DNA of 64,000 bases from the NCBI GenBank assembly GCA_027923505.1, contig BROI01000009.1:744001-808000 (forward strand). The letters are read 5' to 3'. The position numbers and the translations under genes were made by a program. How positions within the stretch are numbered: position 1 is the first letter of the stretch; each line of letters begins with the position of its first letter. Source of the stretch: Mayamaea pseudoterrestris (taxonomy: Eukaryota). Below the pieces are notes generated by a model, which was not told where the DNA came from, did not search any database, and worked only from the letters and a program-made list of their open reading frames with translations. Positions 1 through 11,981 of the stretch are shown one piece after another.

Positions 1-1142
1 TCCGTATATATCAATTCTCCATGCGTCATGAAGTAGGTAACGATAGGAAGCGCCCATACTCTCGAAAAGAGCATACGATTGATCTCCAGCGCTTGGTCCA
101 CGACGGGTTTAAAGGCAGGTTTTGTGTAAAGATCAAAGTTGCAGACGGATGCGTTTCGCGGAACAGGACCGGCTTCCCAGATTGGCAAATAAAACGGCTC
201 GTCAATCACAGGGGAAGGCGGTCCAAGATCCTCCGACAAGGAAAGATCCTGATTAATGCTGTCCCATTCCGCCGATTTGACAGTCTTTTCCCAGAGTGGA
301 TCTTGATCGAGAATTTTGATCGCATCGTGGAATCCGTATATGTTGCGCGAAATATTACCCGGATTCTGTTCGTAGCCTGACTCACCCTCGTGAAAGAGCC
401 AGTCAGTGTAAACCCATTCTTGATTTTCATACGCGTATTGCTCCCAGCCCTTTCGTTGACTTTCCTTGACAATCGGCGCGTAGTAAATGAGACCTGATCC
501 GGAAAGTTTTCGGGCCTCATCCGCGCGTCGATCGAACCTTGAAATGGTCACGTTGGGAAAGGCGCCGTTGGCGAGCGAATGCGATGTGAGCGTGACACTG
601 AGCAGTTTGATTTGACCAAAAATATTCTTGGTGGTCGCGTCAATAGTTTGATGCGCAGCGTCGGCGTATTCGGCAAACTAAAGGATTAAGTGTAGCATGC
701 GAGTGAGAAAGGAGCGAGATGATGTTGCCGATGACATCTGGTGCCATCATTTTACCCCGAGAAAGCTCCTCCAAGGCTCACGTACCTCAAGAGTGAAGCT
801 GTCGTCCTCGGATCTTTTCGTAAAAAAGTAAGTCAAAGTGCCAACCGTCGTGGCCGCAAAGATAAGCGAAAGATAAACCAGGAACTTGGTTCGATTCACA
901 TTCTTGGTATCTTGCTTGGTCACTGCACATATCTCTGTCGCTCGTTCTTCGCCACCAGTTCTGGATCCAAAGTCCGTCGTGGAGGGGTTGCTTGAAGAAT
1001 GTCCGGCCGAGCTCGAGTTTTCGTTGCTCGATTTGCCGTCCTCTATGTCTTCATAGATGGAATCGTCAACCATATGGCTTTTGAGAACCTCATCTTGAAG
1101 AGCCCTGGCTGCGTCCGACTTTTTGGGTGCGAGGATGTTCAT
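1..1142 (-). CDS. 5' part of a diatom-type receptor adenylate/guanylate cyclase-phosphodiesterase-like membrane protein (runs off the left edge of the window)
   Basis: ATG at 1142 (MNILAPKK...). A Ser-rich N-terminus is followed by a TM segment (FLVYLSLIFAATTVGTLTYFF) and a GT-AG intron at 785..678. Exon 2 reads FAEYADAAHQ...GAFPNVTISRFD...YAPIVKESQRKGWEQYAYENQEW, resembling the CHASE-like sensor region of the expanded diatom cyclase/PDE family. The catalytic domain is not in the window. Confidence 0.6.
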
Positions 1143-1438
1143 GGTCTCCTGTCGTTGCCGCTCCTGCTGTTGACGACAAACTGATGGGACGGGGGCCGCG
1201 GAACAATTGATTGTCGCTTGCTTCCACCACAGGGATATGTAGACATAACGCAACTCCAACCTGCGAATGTGCGGCGTTATTTCGCAGTCATCCGGAGTTA
1301 TAGAATGGGTCGTGTCAATTGGGGCTATAATCTTCAAAATGACCGGCATTGGCGCGCAACTGAAAAGGTCGGCGATATGTCGCAGCGAAACTCAATGCCG
1401 ACAGCCCGATTTCCGCCATCCACAAATCTCCAAGCACC

Positions 1439-2248
1439 ATGGCACTGTCAATGTTTTCTTCGCAATTTTGCAGTTTGACGCGACAATTGCATCGAGTAGC
1501 GCTGTCTCAGTCTCCTCAATCGTTTAGGAGACCGATACCTATCGCAACACAGCTCACGACGCGACCGTTCGCCTCCAAGAAGAAGGGTCCACCAAAATCG
1601 AAAAGCAATAGCAAGCATCGAAATGCTCCTGCTACGGCATCTTCCAAGGCACCGGCTGAATCAGCGTCAGCGTCTCACCAAGAATGGGTAAAATTCCAAA
1701 ATGCCATTGCTGTTGAAGGTTTCGAAACCGGCCAAGTTGTGGATGCTTCCAACGCTGGCAAGAAGCCTCGAGGTGGCAAGGCGGCTCGTGGCAAGGATCG
1801 CATGCGCAAGGCTCTAGATGAAAAGCTTGCTGAGCGACAGCGTCTCACGGAATCTGGAGGTGGTCAGTTTCCACCCATGCGCTACGAAGACTCGGAAACG
1901 GAGCGACTGCTGGCGGAAGCGTACGCTGCCATTCCGGAGAGGGCGGGCAAGCGAGGAACGCGCAATTTGAAGCGACAAAGCAAACGTTGGTTCTTGGTGC
2001 GACAGATTCATGCCAAGTACAAGAATCACATGGCCAGGTTTCAAGAGAAGAAGATGGAGAAGCGCAAGGATAGAATGGCGCAAGTGCGCGAGGCGTTGGA
2101 AGCAGCTCCGGCTCAGCGGGCTGCCGATCGCGAATACCAGGCCAAGGTTTTTCAGCGCTGGGCGGCGACAATGGCGCTTGATCAAGGTGAAGACTTATCA
2201 GTAGTGGTTGTGGATGCGCAAGACGAAGGAAAGAAACAGAATGCGTAG
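1439..2248 (+). CDS. Hypothetical basic protein with a probable mitochondrial presequence
   Basis: 269-aa ORF with an Arg/Ser-rich N-terminus lacking acidic residues (...TTRPFASKKK) and a Lys/Arg-rich helical C-terminal half. Confidence 0.7.
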   Translation: MALSMFSSQFCSLTRQLHRVALSQSPQSFRRPIPIATQLTTRPFASKKKGPPKSKSNSKHRNAPATASSKAPAESASASHQEWVKFQNAIAVEGFETGQVVDASNAGKKPRGGKAARGKDRMRKALDEKLAERQRLTESGGGQFPPMRYEDSETERLLAEAYAAIPERAGKRGTRNLKRQSKRWFLVRQIHAKYKNHMARFQEKKMEKRKDRMAQVREALEAAPAQRAADREYQAKVFQRWAATMALDQGEDLSVVVVDAQDEGKKQNA

Positions 2249-2385
2249 TGATATTGTCAGCGTTTATACCGGATTCATGTATTCAAGTAGTAAAACGTTT
2301 AAGTTAATCTTTTTTGCTCTTGTTGAGCTGCTTATACACTATGTGTTATGAATATTTACGGAGACAAGATAAGTCGTGCCTTTTG

Positions 2386-4083
2386 TTAGCAAGACCGAAA
2401 GTCCTCCGTAAGCTGGAGATAGGTGCGATTCGCCTCCTCTGCCAAAACCAAGTGGTTTGACTCGCCTACAGATCTTGCTTTATCGAGTAGCTCCATGGTT
2501 TGCTCCGTCACAATCAATCGCTCAGCTTCTTGACTATTCGTCGCCAATATGCGCAAACACCGAATGGCAAGAACCGCTTCATGTTGTGAGGCGAGTCTAG
2601 TGCCCACAGCGACGGACGCGTGCCGCATTGCTCCGTGAGCATCGTCCATCAGTGCCTTTAGCAAAGACGGCGAAACTAGCGCGGACGATGGACTCACCAA
2701 AATTCGAGGCAACAATGCTTGACTTTCCAAGAGTTCAAGCGAGTTTGTAAAGGCACGTAACGCCATGGACCGCATCTTGCTTCCATGGTGCTCATCGCCA
2801 CATGCATCAATCGTCGCCATTGTTGGTGTTGCCGCGACTCGCAACGACTCGGTGCTGCTTCGCTTCGGCGACCCATCCCCAAAGAGTGACGAGGCACACT
2901 TGAGTGCTGCAATGCCACGAACCGGAGCAGCTGCATCTGCATCCACCAAGACTTCGGTTTCTGCTACTTGCTCACCAGGCATGGTGCGCTTTACCAGGAG
3001 CGACATGATCCAGTCTTTATGCAGTTCCCGCAGAAACGTGGGAGATTGCTGTAGAGTCGATGCGCCGGGAGCGCCCGACACTGCCAGCGCGCAATGTACA
3101 GCCGTGTCGGTACAAGTCGCTGTGGTATCGGTCAATGACACCAAATATTCCATTCCCAATTCTTGAGCTTCCAGTCGATCCTTGCGCAACATGGATAACA
3201 CATGCTCCAGCGCATCAAGTGCTTCCGCATATTGCTGTGATTGGTGCAAAGGTGATGGTGGCGGCGAACATGTTTGTGATGACGACAATATCCTGTTGCT
3301 GGATTTCTTGTTTGTCAATCGCACAAACTCCAAAGCGGACGACGCATTGGGCGCCGAAGTATTCATTGCGCCAGAATCCAAACTTTCGGCAGCCTCCAGC
3401 AAGGCATGAACAGTCCTATGAAAGGTCAAGAGTGGACCACGAACCCGCAGGCAGTCGACAATCAATCCGTCACTGCCAGAATTGCCGCTTGGTAGTGTAG
3501 TATTTGGGTATGACAATGAAGCATTTCTCTTCTCCTTCTTGTTGTTGTTGCTGCTACTTGTCATTGCCGATGTTTTTATCGACGGCGCTCTCCACAGCTG
3601 CACTTGAAAATGACACCGATCGATTGTCATGCAACTTGCCGACGCTGATTCCTCATCGTATTCCACTGCAACGGATCGCAGTCGCAAGCATTCGGCAATC
3701 CGAATCGCCACGACGGACGCGGGTGTATTTTTGATGCATCGACTCGTCTGATGGCAAAGCGGCGGATACATGAATGGGAGTTTGGGCAGCTGCGTGTCGG
3801 AAACGGCCCATAGGCGACGGGGTCGTTTGGGCGGCAAGCCTTCCTCGTCGCGATCGAATGTATGGGTTGGATGAAGCATTGTTGGTTTTTTGATGCGAGT
3901 ATGATGCGAAGCTAGCGGATAGAAAGTAACGCTTGTTTGAGCCAGCGAGTCGGAAATGGTTTCCGTCGGCAACAAGAATGAATCGGAGGTGACTGCTAAT
4001 TCTTGCTCGGAATGCAACTGCCGTGGATGACTCTCCGATTGCTTCGATGGATTTCGAGTAAGTCTTCCCGGATTGCTTGCCAT
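2386..4083 (-). CDS. Hypothetical protein (C-terminal helical/ARM-like region)
   Basis: Long ORF (>500 aa). The first ATG is at 4083, with an alternative start at 3879 (MLHPTHT). No diagnostic motif recognised. Confidence 0.6.
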   Translation of the reverse strand: MASNPGRLTRNPSKQSESHPRQLHSEQELAVTSDSFLLPTETISDSLAQTSVTFYPLASHHTRIKKPTMLHPTHTFDRDEEGLPPKRPRRLWAVSDTQLPKLPFMYPPLCHQTSRCIKNTPASVVAIRIAECLRLRSVAVEYDEESASASCMTIDRCHFQVQLWRAPSIKTSAMTSSSNNNKKEKRNASLSYPNTTLPSGNSGSDGLIVDCLRVRGPLLTFHRTVHALLEAAESLDSGAMNTSAPNASSALEFVRLTNKKSSNRILSSSQTCSPPPSPLHQSQQYAEALDALEHVLSMLRKDRLEAQELGMEYLVSLTDTTATCTDTAVHCALAVSGAPGASTLQQSPTFLRELHKDWIMSLLVKRTMPGEQVAETEVLVDADAAAPVRGIAALKCASSLFGDGSPKRSSTESLRVAATPTMATIDACGDEHHGSKMRSMALRAFTNSLELLESQALLPRILVSPSSALVSPSLLKALMDDAHGAMRHASVAVGTRLASQHEAVLAIRCLRILATNSQEAERLIVTEQTMELLDKARSVGESNHLVLAEEANRTYLQLTEDFRSC

Positions 4084-4425
4084 TACTGGCAAGTCCTCGT
4101 CTCGCCGACACGATACTCTTCGTAGCCCAACGTGTTCCAAGGTGATCCCATAAGCGTGACAACAACATGTGGATGGAGAGGGTTATGTGGAAGAGGGTCG
4201 TGTCTTTCGACGGAAAATTCGAAACGCTCGCACGAGTCGAACGCGTTGGGCGTGTCACGCGAAGTAAAATGTCGTAGCGGTTATTAAGCGTCATACCGGC
4301 ACACGATGGTTTCTCCGTGGGTCTCGAGTCTCGAGGCGGTTCCTTTCGATCGTGTCGCCATTGTTATACTCCCCTGAACTTGTTGACAAGACGCGCCAAA
4401 CCAGACAAGAAAGTGTTACATAAAC

Positions 4426-5151
4426 ATGGGAGCAGACGGAGGCGTAATTGCCTCGAGTAGGCGCTACTTGCGAGGCGCCGGAATGGCCGACACGGCAGGC
4501 GACGCCACCAAGCAATCGTCAAGCAAGGACCATGCCTTGGAGGTGGAGGAACTGGAGCGCAGCATGACGACCTGTGCATTGACGGGACAGCAATTGGAAT
4601 TTGGACGTCAAGCAATAGTCGCATGTCCGTATGGAAAGCTATATGCCAAGGAGGCAGCGATTGAGGCACTCCTTCGACGAAAAACGCATGGTCGAGATGA
4701 CTTGGGAACTCACGTGCACAAGTTGCGAGATTTGCACGAAGTACGGTTTCACACAAGCAAAGGCAAAGATGGATTGCTGGTGCCGACTTGTCCAGTGACG
4801 GAGAAGGAATTAAATGGACAGATCCCTGCCTACTTGTTGCTGCCTGGAAATTTAGAGAATGCAAATGTACTTTCGGAACGAGCTTTAACGGAGATGAAGG
4901 AACTGCTAGAAGAGTACGGGCCGATTGAGAAAAGGATCCGTTTGGCGCCTCCGTCATCCGTTTTGGAGGAAATCAAAAAGGAACTGGAGGGCGGACAAGC
5001 GGAAAGCAAGCTTAAGAAACGAAAGCAAAATGGAAATGATGTTGCTGCTCCGTCAAAAAAGTCAAGGAACAAGCTCGTGGACAAGACTCGGGCCAAGGTT
5101 TCTGCTGCCATTCAGAACAACGAGGTCCTATCCAGCATTTTCACAAAGTAA
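4426..5151 (+). CDS. RTF2: Replication termination factor 2 (Rtf2 RING-like) protein
   Basis: N-terminal MGADGG and the segments CALTG..., CPYGKLYAKEAAIEALL and CPVTEKELNG match the Rtf2 family pattern. Confidence 0.8.
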   Translation: MGADGGVIASSRRYLRGAGMADTAGDATKQSSSKDHALEVEELERSMTTCALTGQQLEFGRQAIVACPYGKLYAKEAAIEALLRRKTHGRDDLGTHVHKLRDLHEVRFHTSKGKDGLLVPTCPVTEKELNGQIPAYLLLPGNLENANVLSERALTEMKELLEEYGPIEKRIRLAPPSSVLEEIKKELEGGQAESKLKKRKQNGNDVAAPSKKSRNKLVDKTRAKVSAAIQNNEVLSSIFTK

Positions 5152-5703
5152 ACGGCTTTTGTAAGCGAAAACAAAATGTAGCGCATGGGACGTTGTTTGG
5201 CACACTAGACTGGACACATCAGGTGCGATTTTAACTGGTAAATAGCTGAAGTGTGATTTTACTATTTGAAGATGGCTTTGTCAATGTCTGTTATAGCAAA
5301 CATTCCAAATAGTGTTGCTAAGCATTTCCCAACGACATCAAACGCAACGAGCGATATCGGGCGCGCGCCAAGTGTTGGATGCAATCAACACACACGTGTG
5401 AATACTCGAGAGAATTCAACGGATGACGACGTCAGTGATGCTCTAAGTACGCCAGTCAACCCGAATAAAACACGTCAGTTGCGAAGATATTGTTCTAAGT
5501 AACAATATCGCGCTTAATTAAATATGTCGCAAGCCAAAGCGTCGGGCGGCAAGCGAAACGATGTGCGAGCTTCGACAATCGCTCCTCGCGATCACAATGA
5601 ACCGTTTCGCATTATCGAGCGGCAAAACTATTGAACGCTTGCTTTTCAACGCGGCTCATTGCCACGCTTCACTCGGGGAACTGTCGAATAAGGAAAGTTG
5701 TCG

Positions 5704-8160
5704 ATGTACACTTCTAGAATATCCCCTCTGCATCGGCTGCGTCGCAACAAAGAGACGCCGTCGTCAACCATTTCGGCGACATCACCAAAGCGAAAATCTA
5801 TGTCAGTGACCCCCATAGTCTCCCCAACATCACCACGAATGTGCGGTGATTATCAAGTGCTACGGAAAACTGTCGATGCATCTCGTGAAGAATTAAGAGA
5901 GAGCCGAAGAGCGCTGGCGTCCGCACTAGATCGATTGGGGGAACATCACGTACGGAAAAATGAATTAGACTCCGCAATGGACGCATTTACGGAAGCATTG
6001 CACGAGAAGCGGAGTATTTTCTCAATAGAATCGGGATCGAAGTCTGCGAATGGGTCTGGCTATGCTTCATCCTTTCGAGAGAGCGACGAATGTTCATTTG
6101 AGCTTCGGGATCAAGCGATTGATGAAGTAATTTCGACTCTGCGAAACATGGGAAACGTTCATTCGCTTCGGGGTGAGCAGGATGAGGCAATGCGATATTA
6201 CACAGAAGTGACTAATCTTAAAGCTAGCAAGTCGGTCACCGTGGGGAACGATGAGCCGACTACGCTACTATCGGGGTTTGGGGAGGAAGACAACTCCACG
6301 CTGATGAGCGAGATAAATGAAGACGTCAAAGCTCTTGATGACATGTTTCGCAGCATTTCATTTCGGAATCATGACAATTCCACGCCTATGGCTAGTAGAC
6401 GACAGACAAAACCATTAGCTGCACAAGCGGAAAATACCTATCCCGCAAGCAGCAAGCGTCGGAAGAGCGCCGTTGCGCAAGGGCAAGGGCAAGGGCAAGG
6501 GGGTGCAACGAGTTACGAGAGCGAACCGTTTCGACGATCTGCTTCCAATGCTTGCAACTTTCCTGCCAGTGGTAATGAGCTTATAGAGGCTTTGGATCTC
6601 TATACCAAAGTTCTCGATTCTTACAAGGGTCCTCTGTTTGAGCAACATAGTGAGTCATTAAATTCACTTGCTTTGCGAGTGGACCTACTTACGGACGACC
6701 TAGCTCGCTCCGACAGCGCATCGAACTTTTGTGGCAATGCCATGGACCTCGAGTTGACACTCGAGATTTTTCAGCACGTTCTATCAGTGCAACATGAGAT
6801 GAATGAGTCGCAAGGTCCCCGACCCGATCGTCAATTGAGTGCGAGTATCGCGTCGACACTCATTCGCATGGGTTCCCTGTACTACAAGCTTGGTAACCGA
6901 CTCGAAGAACTTCGAATGTACACTGAGGCAAAAGATACGTACTGCAAGGCTTTTGGAGAGAATTCAACATTTGTCGCCGGCGCAAGAAAGAATATGGGCA
7001 TGGTCCTTGCCGAACGAGGCTTGTACGAGGAGAGTCTTGCAGAGTTCGACATGGCCAAGCAAATTTACCTGAAAACAGAGGGTGGTACTTCAATGTCTCG
7101 CAATGTAGCTAGTGCAATCTCTTGCATGGGCAACGTGAAGAACCGCATCGGAGAACTCGACCAAGCGCTGGAAAAATACATGGAGGCTCTGAGTATTTAC
7201 AAGCATGTACAAGAAGAAGCCGTCGACAAAGATAGCATAGCTATTGCTTGCTTTGAAGTCACTGCAACACTTAAGGTCATCGGACTCGTCTATTCCAAGA
7301 AAGGCGATTTGGATCTCGCTATGTCCTTTTTTCAGGAAGCCATGGCTCTTCTCAGCACATCTGGAGTAGACGGTACGGTGACTGGGTGCGAGACAAAAGC
7401 GTCCATCCTAACTCGAATGGCAAGCATCTACGTCAAAAAGGGTGAGTTAAACATGGCAATGGAACACTATCGCGACGCTTACCAAGTGACCGTCGACAAT
7501 CGAGGATCAACGAATCATCACGAGGTTGCCGGAATCCTGCATCACATTGGCTCCGTCCTGCACAAGAAATCCGAGTACGACGAAGCAATGGATTGCTACC
7601 AGGAGGCTCTCCGCATATACCACACCACAGTTGGACCAGGCAATCCGATAGTGGCTGGCACACTTGTGATGATTGGTAGCATCAACTACAAGAAGCGTAA
7701 TCTTGACAGCGCCATGATGTTTTACAAAGAAGCCTTGCGTCTTAACCGCGATGCTTATGGCATGCATCACCCAGACGTTGCACCGATTCTCAAAAGCATT
7801 GGTACAATTTTATGCAAGCAACACCATTACTCGGAAGCCTACGATGTCTTTCGCGACGTGTTGAGCATCAAGAGCACTCTTCACGGAGCCCTTGCTTATG
7901 AAACGGCTTCGGCTTACAAGAGTCTGGGCAATGTCCACTACAAGCTCGGAGAGCTTGCTGATGCGGAACGCCAATATCGTCATGCTTTGAACATATATCG
8001 CCGCACTCGCGGAGAGGAACACCCAGATACCATGGCGGCCCGAACAACGATTGAGCACATTCGCTATTGGATGAAGGAACGTGGGCAGCGACATGTGGAA
8101 GGTCGGCATTGCCGAACCACAAGTAGGACCCAACATGACGAAGACGAACGTAGCTGTTAA
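5704..8160 (+). CDS. Tetratricopeptide-repeat (kinesin light chain / nephrocystin-3-like) protein
   Basis: About 820-aa ORF with many TPR-like units (e.g. HHEVAGILHHIGSVLHKKSEYDEAMDCYQEALRIY, HPDVAPILKSIG). Confidence 0.85.
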   Translation: MYTSRISPLHRLRRNKETPSSTISATSPKRKSMSVTPIVSPTSPRMCGDYQVLRKTVDASREELRESRRALASALDRLGEHHVRKNELDSAMDAFTEALHEKRSIFSIESGSKSANGSGYASSFRESDECSFELRDQAIDEVISTLRNMGNVHSLRGEQDEAMRYYTEVTNLKASKSVTVGNDEPTTLLSGFGEEDNSTLMSEINEDVKALDDMFRSISFRNHDNSTPMASRRQTKPLAAQAENTYPASSKRRKSAVAQGQGQGQGGATSYESEPFRRSASNACNFPASGNELIEALDLYTKVLDSYKGPLFEQHSESLNSLALRVDLLTDDLARSDSASNFCGNAMDLELTLEIFQHVLSVQHEMNESQGPRPDRQLSASIASTLIRMGSLYYKLGNRLEELRMYTEAKDTYCKAFGENSTFVAGARKNMGMVLAERGLYEESLAEFDMAKQIYLKTEGGTSMSRNVASAISCMGNVKNRIGELDQALEKYMEALSIYKHVQEEAVDKDSIAIACFEVTATLKVIGLVYSKKGDLDLAMSFFQEAMALLSTSGVDGTVTGCETKASILTRMASIYVKKGELNMAMEHYRDAYQVTVDNRGSTNHHEVAGILHHIGSVLHKKSEYDEAMDCYQEALRIYHTTVGPGNPIVAGTLVMIGSINYKKRNLDSAMMFYKEALRLNRDAYGMHHPDVAPILKSIGTILCKQHHYSEAYDVFRDVLSIKSTLHGALAYETASAYKSLGNVHYKLGELADAERQYRHALNIYRRTRGEEHPDTMAARTTIEHIRYWMKERGQRHVEGRHCRTTSRTQHDEDERSC

Positions 8161-8493
8161 ACATTGTGACGCTATATTTCGTACTTGATTACAGCTTATA
8201 AACAGATAAAATTGTACAAAACAATGTTAACTATTTATTTTTCTATGCAACTTATACCGGTAACTCTCTGCCAATCTTTTGGAGAGGCATGTCTAGTCCC
8301 ACTTGGTCGAAAGTAGACGTGCTAGCATTATATAACGAAGACTGCACTTTGCGCTTGCGGGATTAAGATAAACCCGTCAATCACCATTACTCACTACATA
8401 GTATAATGCCGCTTCACGATTCCTCGCCATAATTATTTGCGACCCATGGCGCGACGACCACAATATCGCGGCCTTACGACGTGTAATTGATTA

Positions 8494-8684
8494 TGACGCA
8501 GTTTTCACTGGCACTCGTTTCGTACTATTGCCTTGTGACGCAGTTTTCACTGGCACCCGTTTCATACTATTGCCTTGTGACGTAATTGACACTGGCACTC
8601 GTTTCATACTATTGCCTTGTGACGAAATTGACATTGACACTGGCACTATCGCTAGTGACGTACTGGACACTGGCGCCTTCGACC
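8494..8684 (+). repeat. 42-bp minisatellite array, locus A (3 full and 2 degenerate units)
   Basis: Unit TGACGCAGTTTTCACTGGCACTCGTTTCGTACTATTGCCTTG. TGACG starts at 8494, 8536, 8578 and 8620 (period 42), then the array decays. Confidence 0.95.
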
Positions 8685-8762
8685 TTGCATTGAGAATTGT
8701 TGCAGCCGCTTGGTCGTATACCTTCCACCTCTCGTCTCGGTACTATTCAATACTATTAAAGC

Positions 8763-9806
8763 ATGCCTCTGGACGTCGACAAGTGCATTGAAACACTTAG
8801 AAATGGGGAAATAATCTCAGAGAACGAACTTAAGCTTCTTTGTCAGCGCGTCTCCGAGCTGCACGTGGAGGAATCCAACGTGCAGCCCGTCATGAGCCCC
8901 GTCACAATCGTTGGAGACCTGCATGGACAAGTTTTTGATCTATTAAATCTACTCAACGTGGGTGGTTGGCCTCCACAAACATCCTATATCTTTTTGGGTG
9001 ATTACGTCGACAGAGGACACAATTCAATTGAAACACTGGAACTGCTCTTGGCATTGAAGGTCAAGTATCCAGCCCACGTGACGCTACTGCGAGGCAATCA
9101 CGAGTCTCGGCAAATTACTCAAGTTTACGGCTTTTTTGATGAGTGCGTTCGCAAGTACGGGAATGCTAGTCCCTGGCGACACTCGGTGCAGTGCTTTGAT
9201 ACTTTTGGATTAGCCGCACTCATTGACGAGCAAGTCTTGTGCGTTCATGGTGGATTATCGCCCGATATACGCACGTTGGATCAAGTGCGAGCCATTGATC
9301 GTAATCAGGAAATTCCTCATGAGGGAGCCTTTTGCGACTTAGTATGGTCCGTCTGTATGTTGTGTCGGACCATTTTGTCTGAGAGCTTTGCTTACATTTC
9401 CTACTAATTCATTTCCGTCTATTCATACAGGTCGGACCCCGAGGAAATATCGGGAGCTTGGCAATTGTCGCCACGCGGTGCCGGCTACTTATTTGGGAAG
9501 CGAGTCACAGATGAGTTTTGCTCGGTGAATAGTTTGCAGCTGGTGGCACGCGCGCATCAGCTCGTCATGGAGGGTCGAAAGTACCATTTTGACGACAAAT
9601 TGGTGACGGTGTGGAGCGCGCCCAACTACTGCTATCGTTGCGGCAATGTGGCGGCCATTATGGAAATTGGAGGCGAGTACGGACCCGACTGCGAGGGTGC
9701 ACCTGGGAGTATTCCGCAACGCTTCAGATTTTTCAAAGAGACGCCCCACTCGGCTCATGGACCAAAGGGAGAAGCTCGAGCTCAGCTCGTGCCGTACTTT
9801 TTGTAG
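8763..9806 (+). CDS. PPP6C: Serine/threonine protein phosphatase, PP2A family, most similar to the PP6/Sit4 catalytic subunit
   Basis: [35 protein letters not shown] and C-terminal PYFL. Intron 9347..9430 joins LVW|SDPE in frame. [20 protein letters not shown]...NQEIPH resembles PP6. Confidence 0.88.
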
Positions 9807-9927
9807 TGCTTGTGGAAGTAATTATGGTGGTTGAAAAAGTAGTGCAGGCGAATGTTAGGCAACTACTGGTAGCTGCCCAGCAGTCATGATCATAGAAAGA
9901 TTGTTATGCTCCAATGCTTATTCCTCG

Positions 9928-10674
9928 CTACAATTCATGCAGAGGCTCATAGTTTGGAATCTCACCTTTGCCGTCGCAATCAACGCAGACGAGTATGCGC
10001 TCTCCCTTGCATCGAAAGCACACGCGTGCATCAATGAGTACGCCCCCGTTGCGCTCCTTGGCTCGCAAAATGTCTTCCAGCGTAAGCCATCCCATTCTCC
10101 ACACTCTCTTTTCGCGGAGCTCCTCCTCGGGTATCCAAAAATCAGCTTGGGATCCGCAACAGTTTCTCATTCGAATTTCAAGTGTTCCCTTTCGCTTGAT
10201 ACCACGTGTTTCGACGACGGTATGATGCCGATGGCCATTGTATACTTCAACCGACGACCATTGACTATGCACTAATCGATCGACGCTGAAAGTGTTTCGT
10301 TTGTGGTGTCCCGTCGCGCGAACGACGCCTCGTCCTACGCAGACGGAACACCGGCAGACGCCTCGTCCTCGGCATTTGTGGCATACTTTGGGAGGTCTAG
10401 AAAGTCGTATTGGACCGTAGGGTGTTATAATGCGGGGCGGGGTTGGCTCTTGCATAGCTTTTCGCTTCTCACGTCGTATCTTCTTGCCTCGAAGGCCCAT
10501 GTGTAGACTGGACGTCGTCAGTGAAGATGTCAACTTTGGATCTCTAGCCAGAAATGTAGATCGTTGAGCAGCCGGAATGATAGCAACGATGCCCGGAGAC
10601 GACCATGCTTTGACAAAAAGGTCGATTTCAGCATATAAGCAGATGAAGATCAATATGTAGCATAATCTTTTCAT
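9928..10674 (-). CDS. DnaJ-type (CxxCxGxG) zinc-finger protein with an inserted Trp-rich domain, probably plastid-targeted
   Basis: Signal-peptide-like N-terminus ending VKA-W. Four motifs CHKCRGRG, CSVCVGRG, CFRCKGER and CVDCDGKG flank SQWSSV...RHHTVV...WIPEEELREKRVWRMGW. Confidence 0.7.
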   Translation of the reverse strand: MKRLCYILIFICLYAEIDLFVKAWSSPGIVAIIPAAQRSTFLARDPKLTSSLTTSSLHMGLRGKKIRREKRKAMQEPTPPRIITPYGPIRLSRPPKVCHKCRGRGVCRCSVCVGRGVVRATGHHKRNTFSVDRLVHSQWSSVEVYNGHRHHTVVETRGIKRKGTLEIRMRNCCGSQADFWIPEEELREKRVWRMGWLTLEDILRAKERNGGVLIDARVCFRCKGERILVCVDCDGKGEIPNYEPLHEL

Positions 10675-11111
10675 TATGCATTAAAAGACCAGCGCAATCT
10701 GTAAACGACGCACCACCGATGAAAAAACTGATCGCCATGGTGAACCGCGCCCCTGCAAATACTCCAGTACCGGTACGAAATGACGTGGTCAACAATTTTG
10801 CACGAATGAATTGACAGGCAATGGTTCGTCCACTGACAGAACGACTGTCGATCGTCTTGCCGTCTTGCCGCAGACGATGTTTGTTCCAGCCTTGCAGCCT
10901 CTGTAATACATCTTGCCATTCTTCAATCTGCTGATGTCGTGTCTCGATCGATCTGCACGCAACGTCATATCGTGTCGGTTTAAGGATGCGCCGAATGTGA
11001 ATCTCTTCCAGCTTACTCTTAACTCTTGAACACACCGACTACCGACTATGCAGTTTGCATTCAATGGCATCTTTAAGTATTCATTTATGTACGAACATAA
11101 TAAACACGACA

Positions 11112-11981
11112 CTATTTCTTACTTGGCAACATTGGCGCCGCTTTGTCCGCAGGAGCTTGTGGTCGAGCGATTCCATGCAAGTTCACTAGAGAGCCAAGAC
11201 GCTGGAGTAAAGGAATCGAATTCGTCTGCACCGAGACCGAGTTCGCGCGGCGATTCGCCAAGGCTTGAGCAAGCGAAGCAGCTGGGATAGATGGCGCTAT
11301 CATTGGCGATAAATGCGACTGTCGAGCAACTTGGGCTTCATAGGGACTGGAGCAGGGGAACTGCGGCGATGTTCTAGTGTCGTTTGTTGGCAAGCCGCAA
11401 AAGAACGTCGGCTGTGCGACTGGGACTGGTGCTTGCGCATGTTGCGAGTATTGGTTCGTGTTTGCATCAATTGGGCTTCCGCGAAGTTGCTCAAGTAGGG
11501 CTGCAACGAATGGGTTGCTACTCATGCCACCTTGCTGCGGAATCGCAAAATGGTTGATAGGAGGAGGGCCGACTCCTGGGCCCAAATTTTCAGTAATGTA
11601 TTGGCGCAAGAGTCTATTCTCTTCTGCAAGCATGGATGAGATATATGCCGATGCATTGCTGATCTGCTCTAGCAACCCATTTCTCCTCATGTACTCTTGA
11701 ATCTGTTCAGTCAGCCCAGCGATGGTTTCCTTCTGTCTCTTTCGTGCTCTAGCAGACATCATGCGATCTGTGTGCAAATAGAACAAGATCATGTGAACAA
11801 GTTTTATACCAGCAATGGCTAGAACATCGATCCATTTCTATCGAGTAGACTTACTGTATGCCCGCTTCTCCTCTTCCGACATGTCCTGCAGCTTCTTGTC
11901 AATCCGAAAGGGCTCATCGCTTGTTTCAGAGTCGTCTAGCTTGCGTTTGCCGTTTGGCGAAGGCGGACCATAAGGCTCCAT
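11112..11981 (-). CDS. bZIP transcription factor
   Basis: Predicted ATG at 11981. Intron 11854..11768 joins EEKRAY-N-RMMSARARKRQKETIAGLTEQIQEY, giving the N-x7-R basic region and a zipper, followed by a Gln/Pro-rich tail. Confidence 0.75.

Noticed and set aside
6476..6502. (GCAAGG)n microsatellite
   Set aside because: A short in-frame QG repeat inside the TPR gene; ordinary low complexity.
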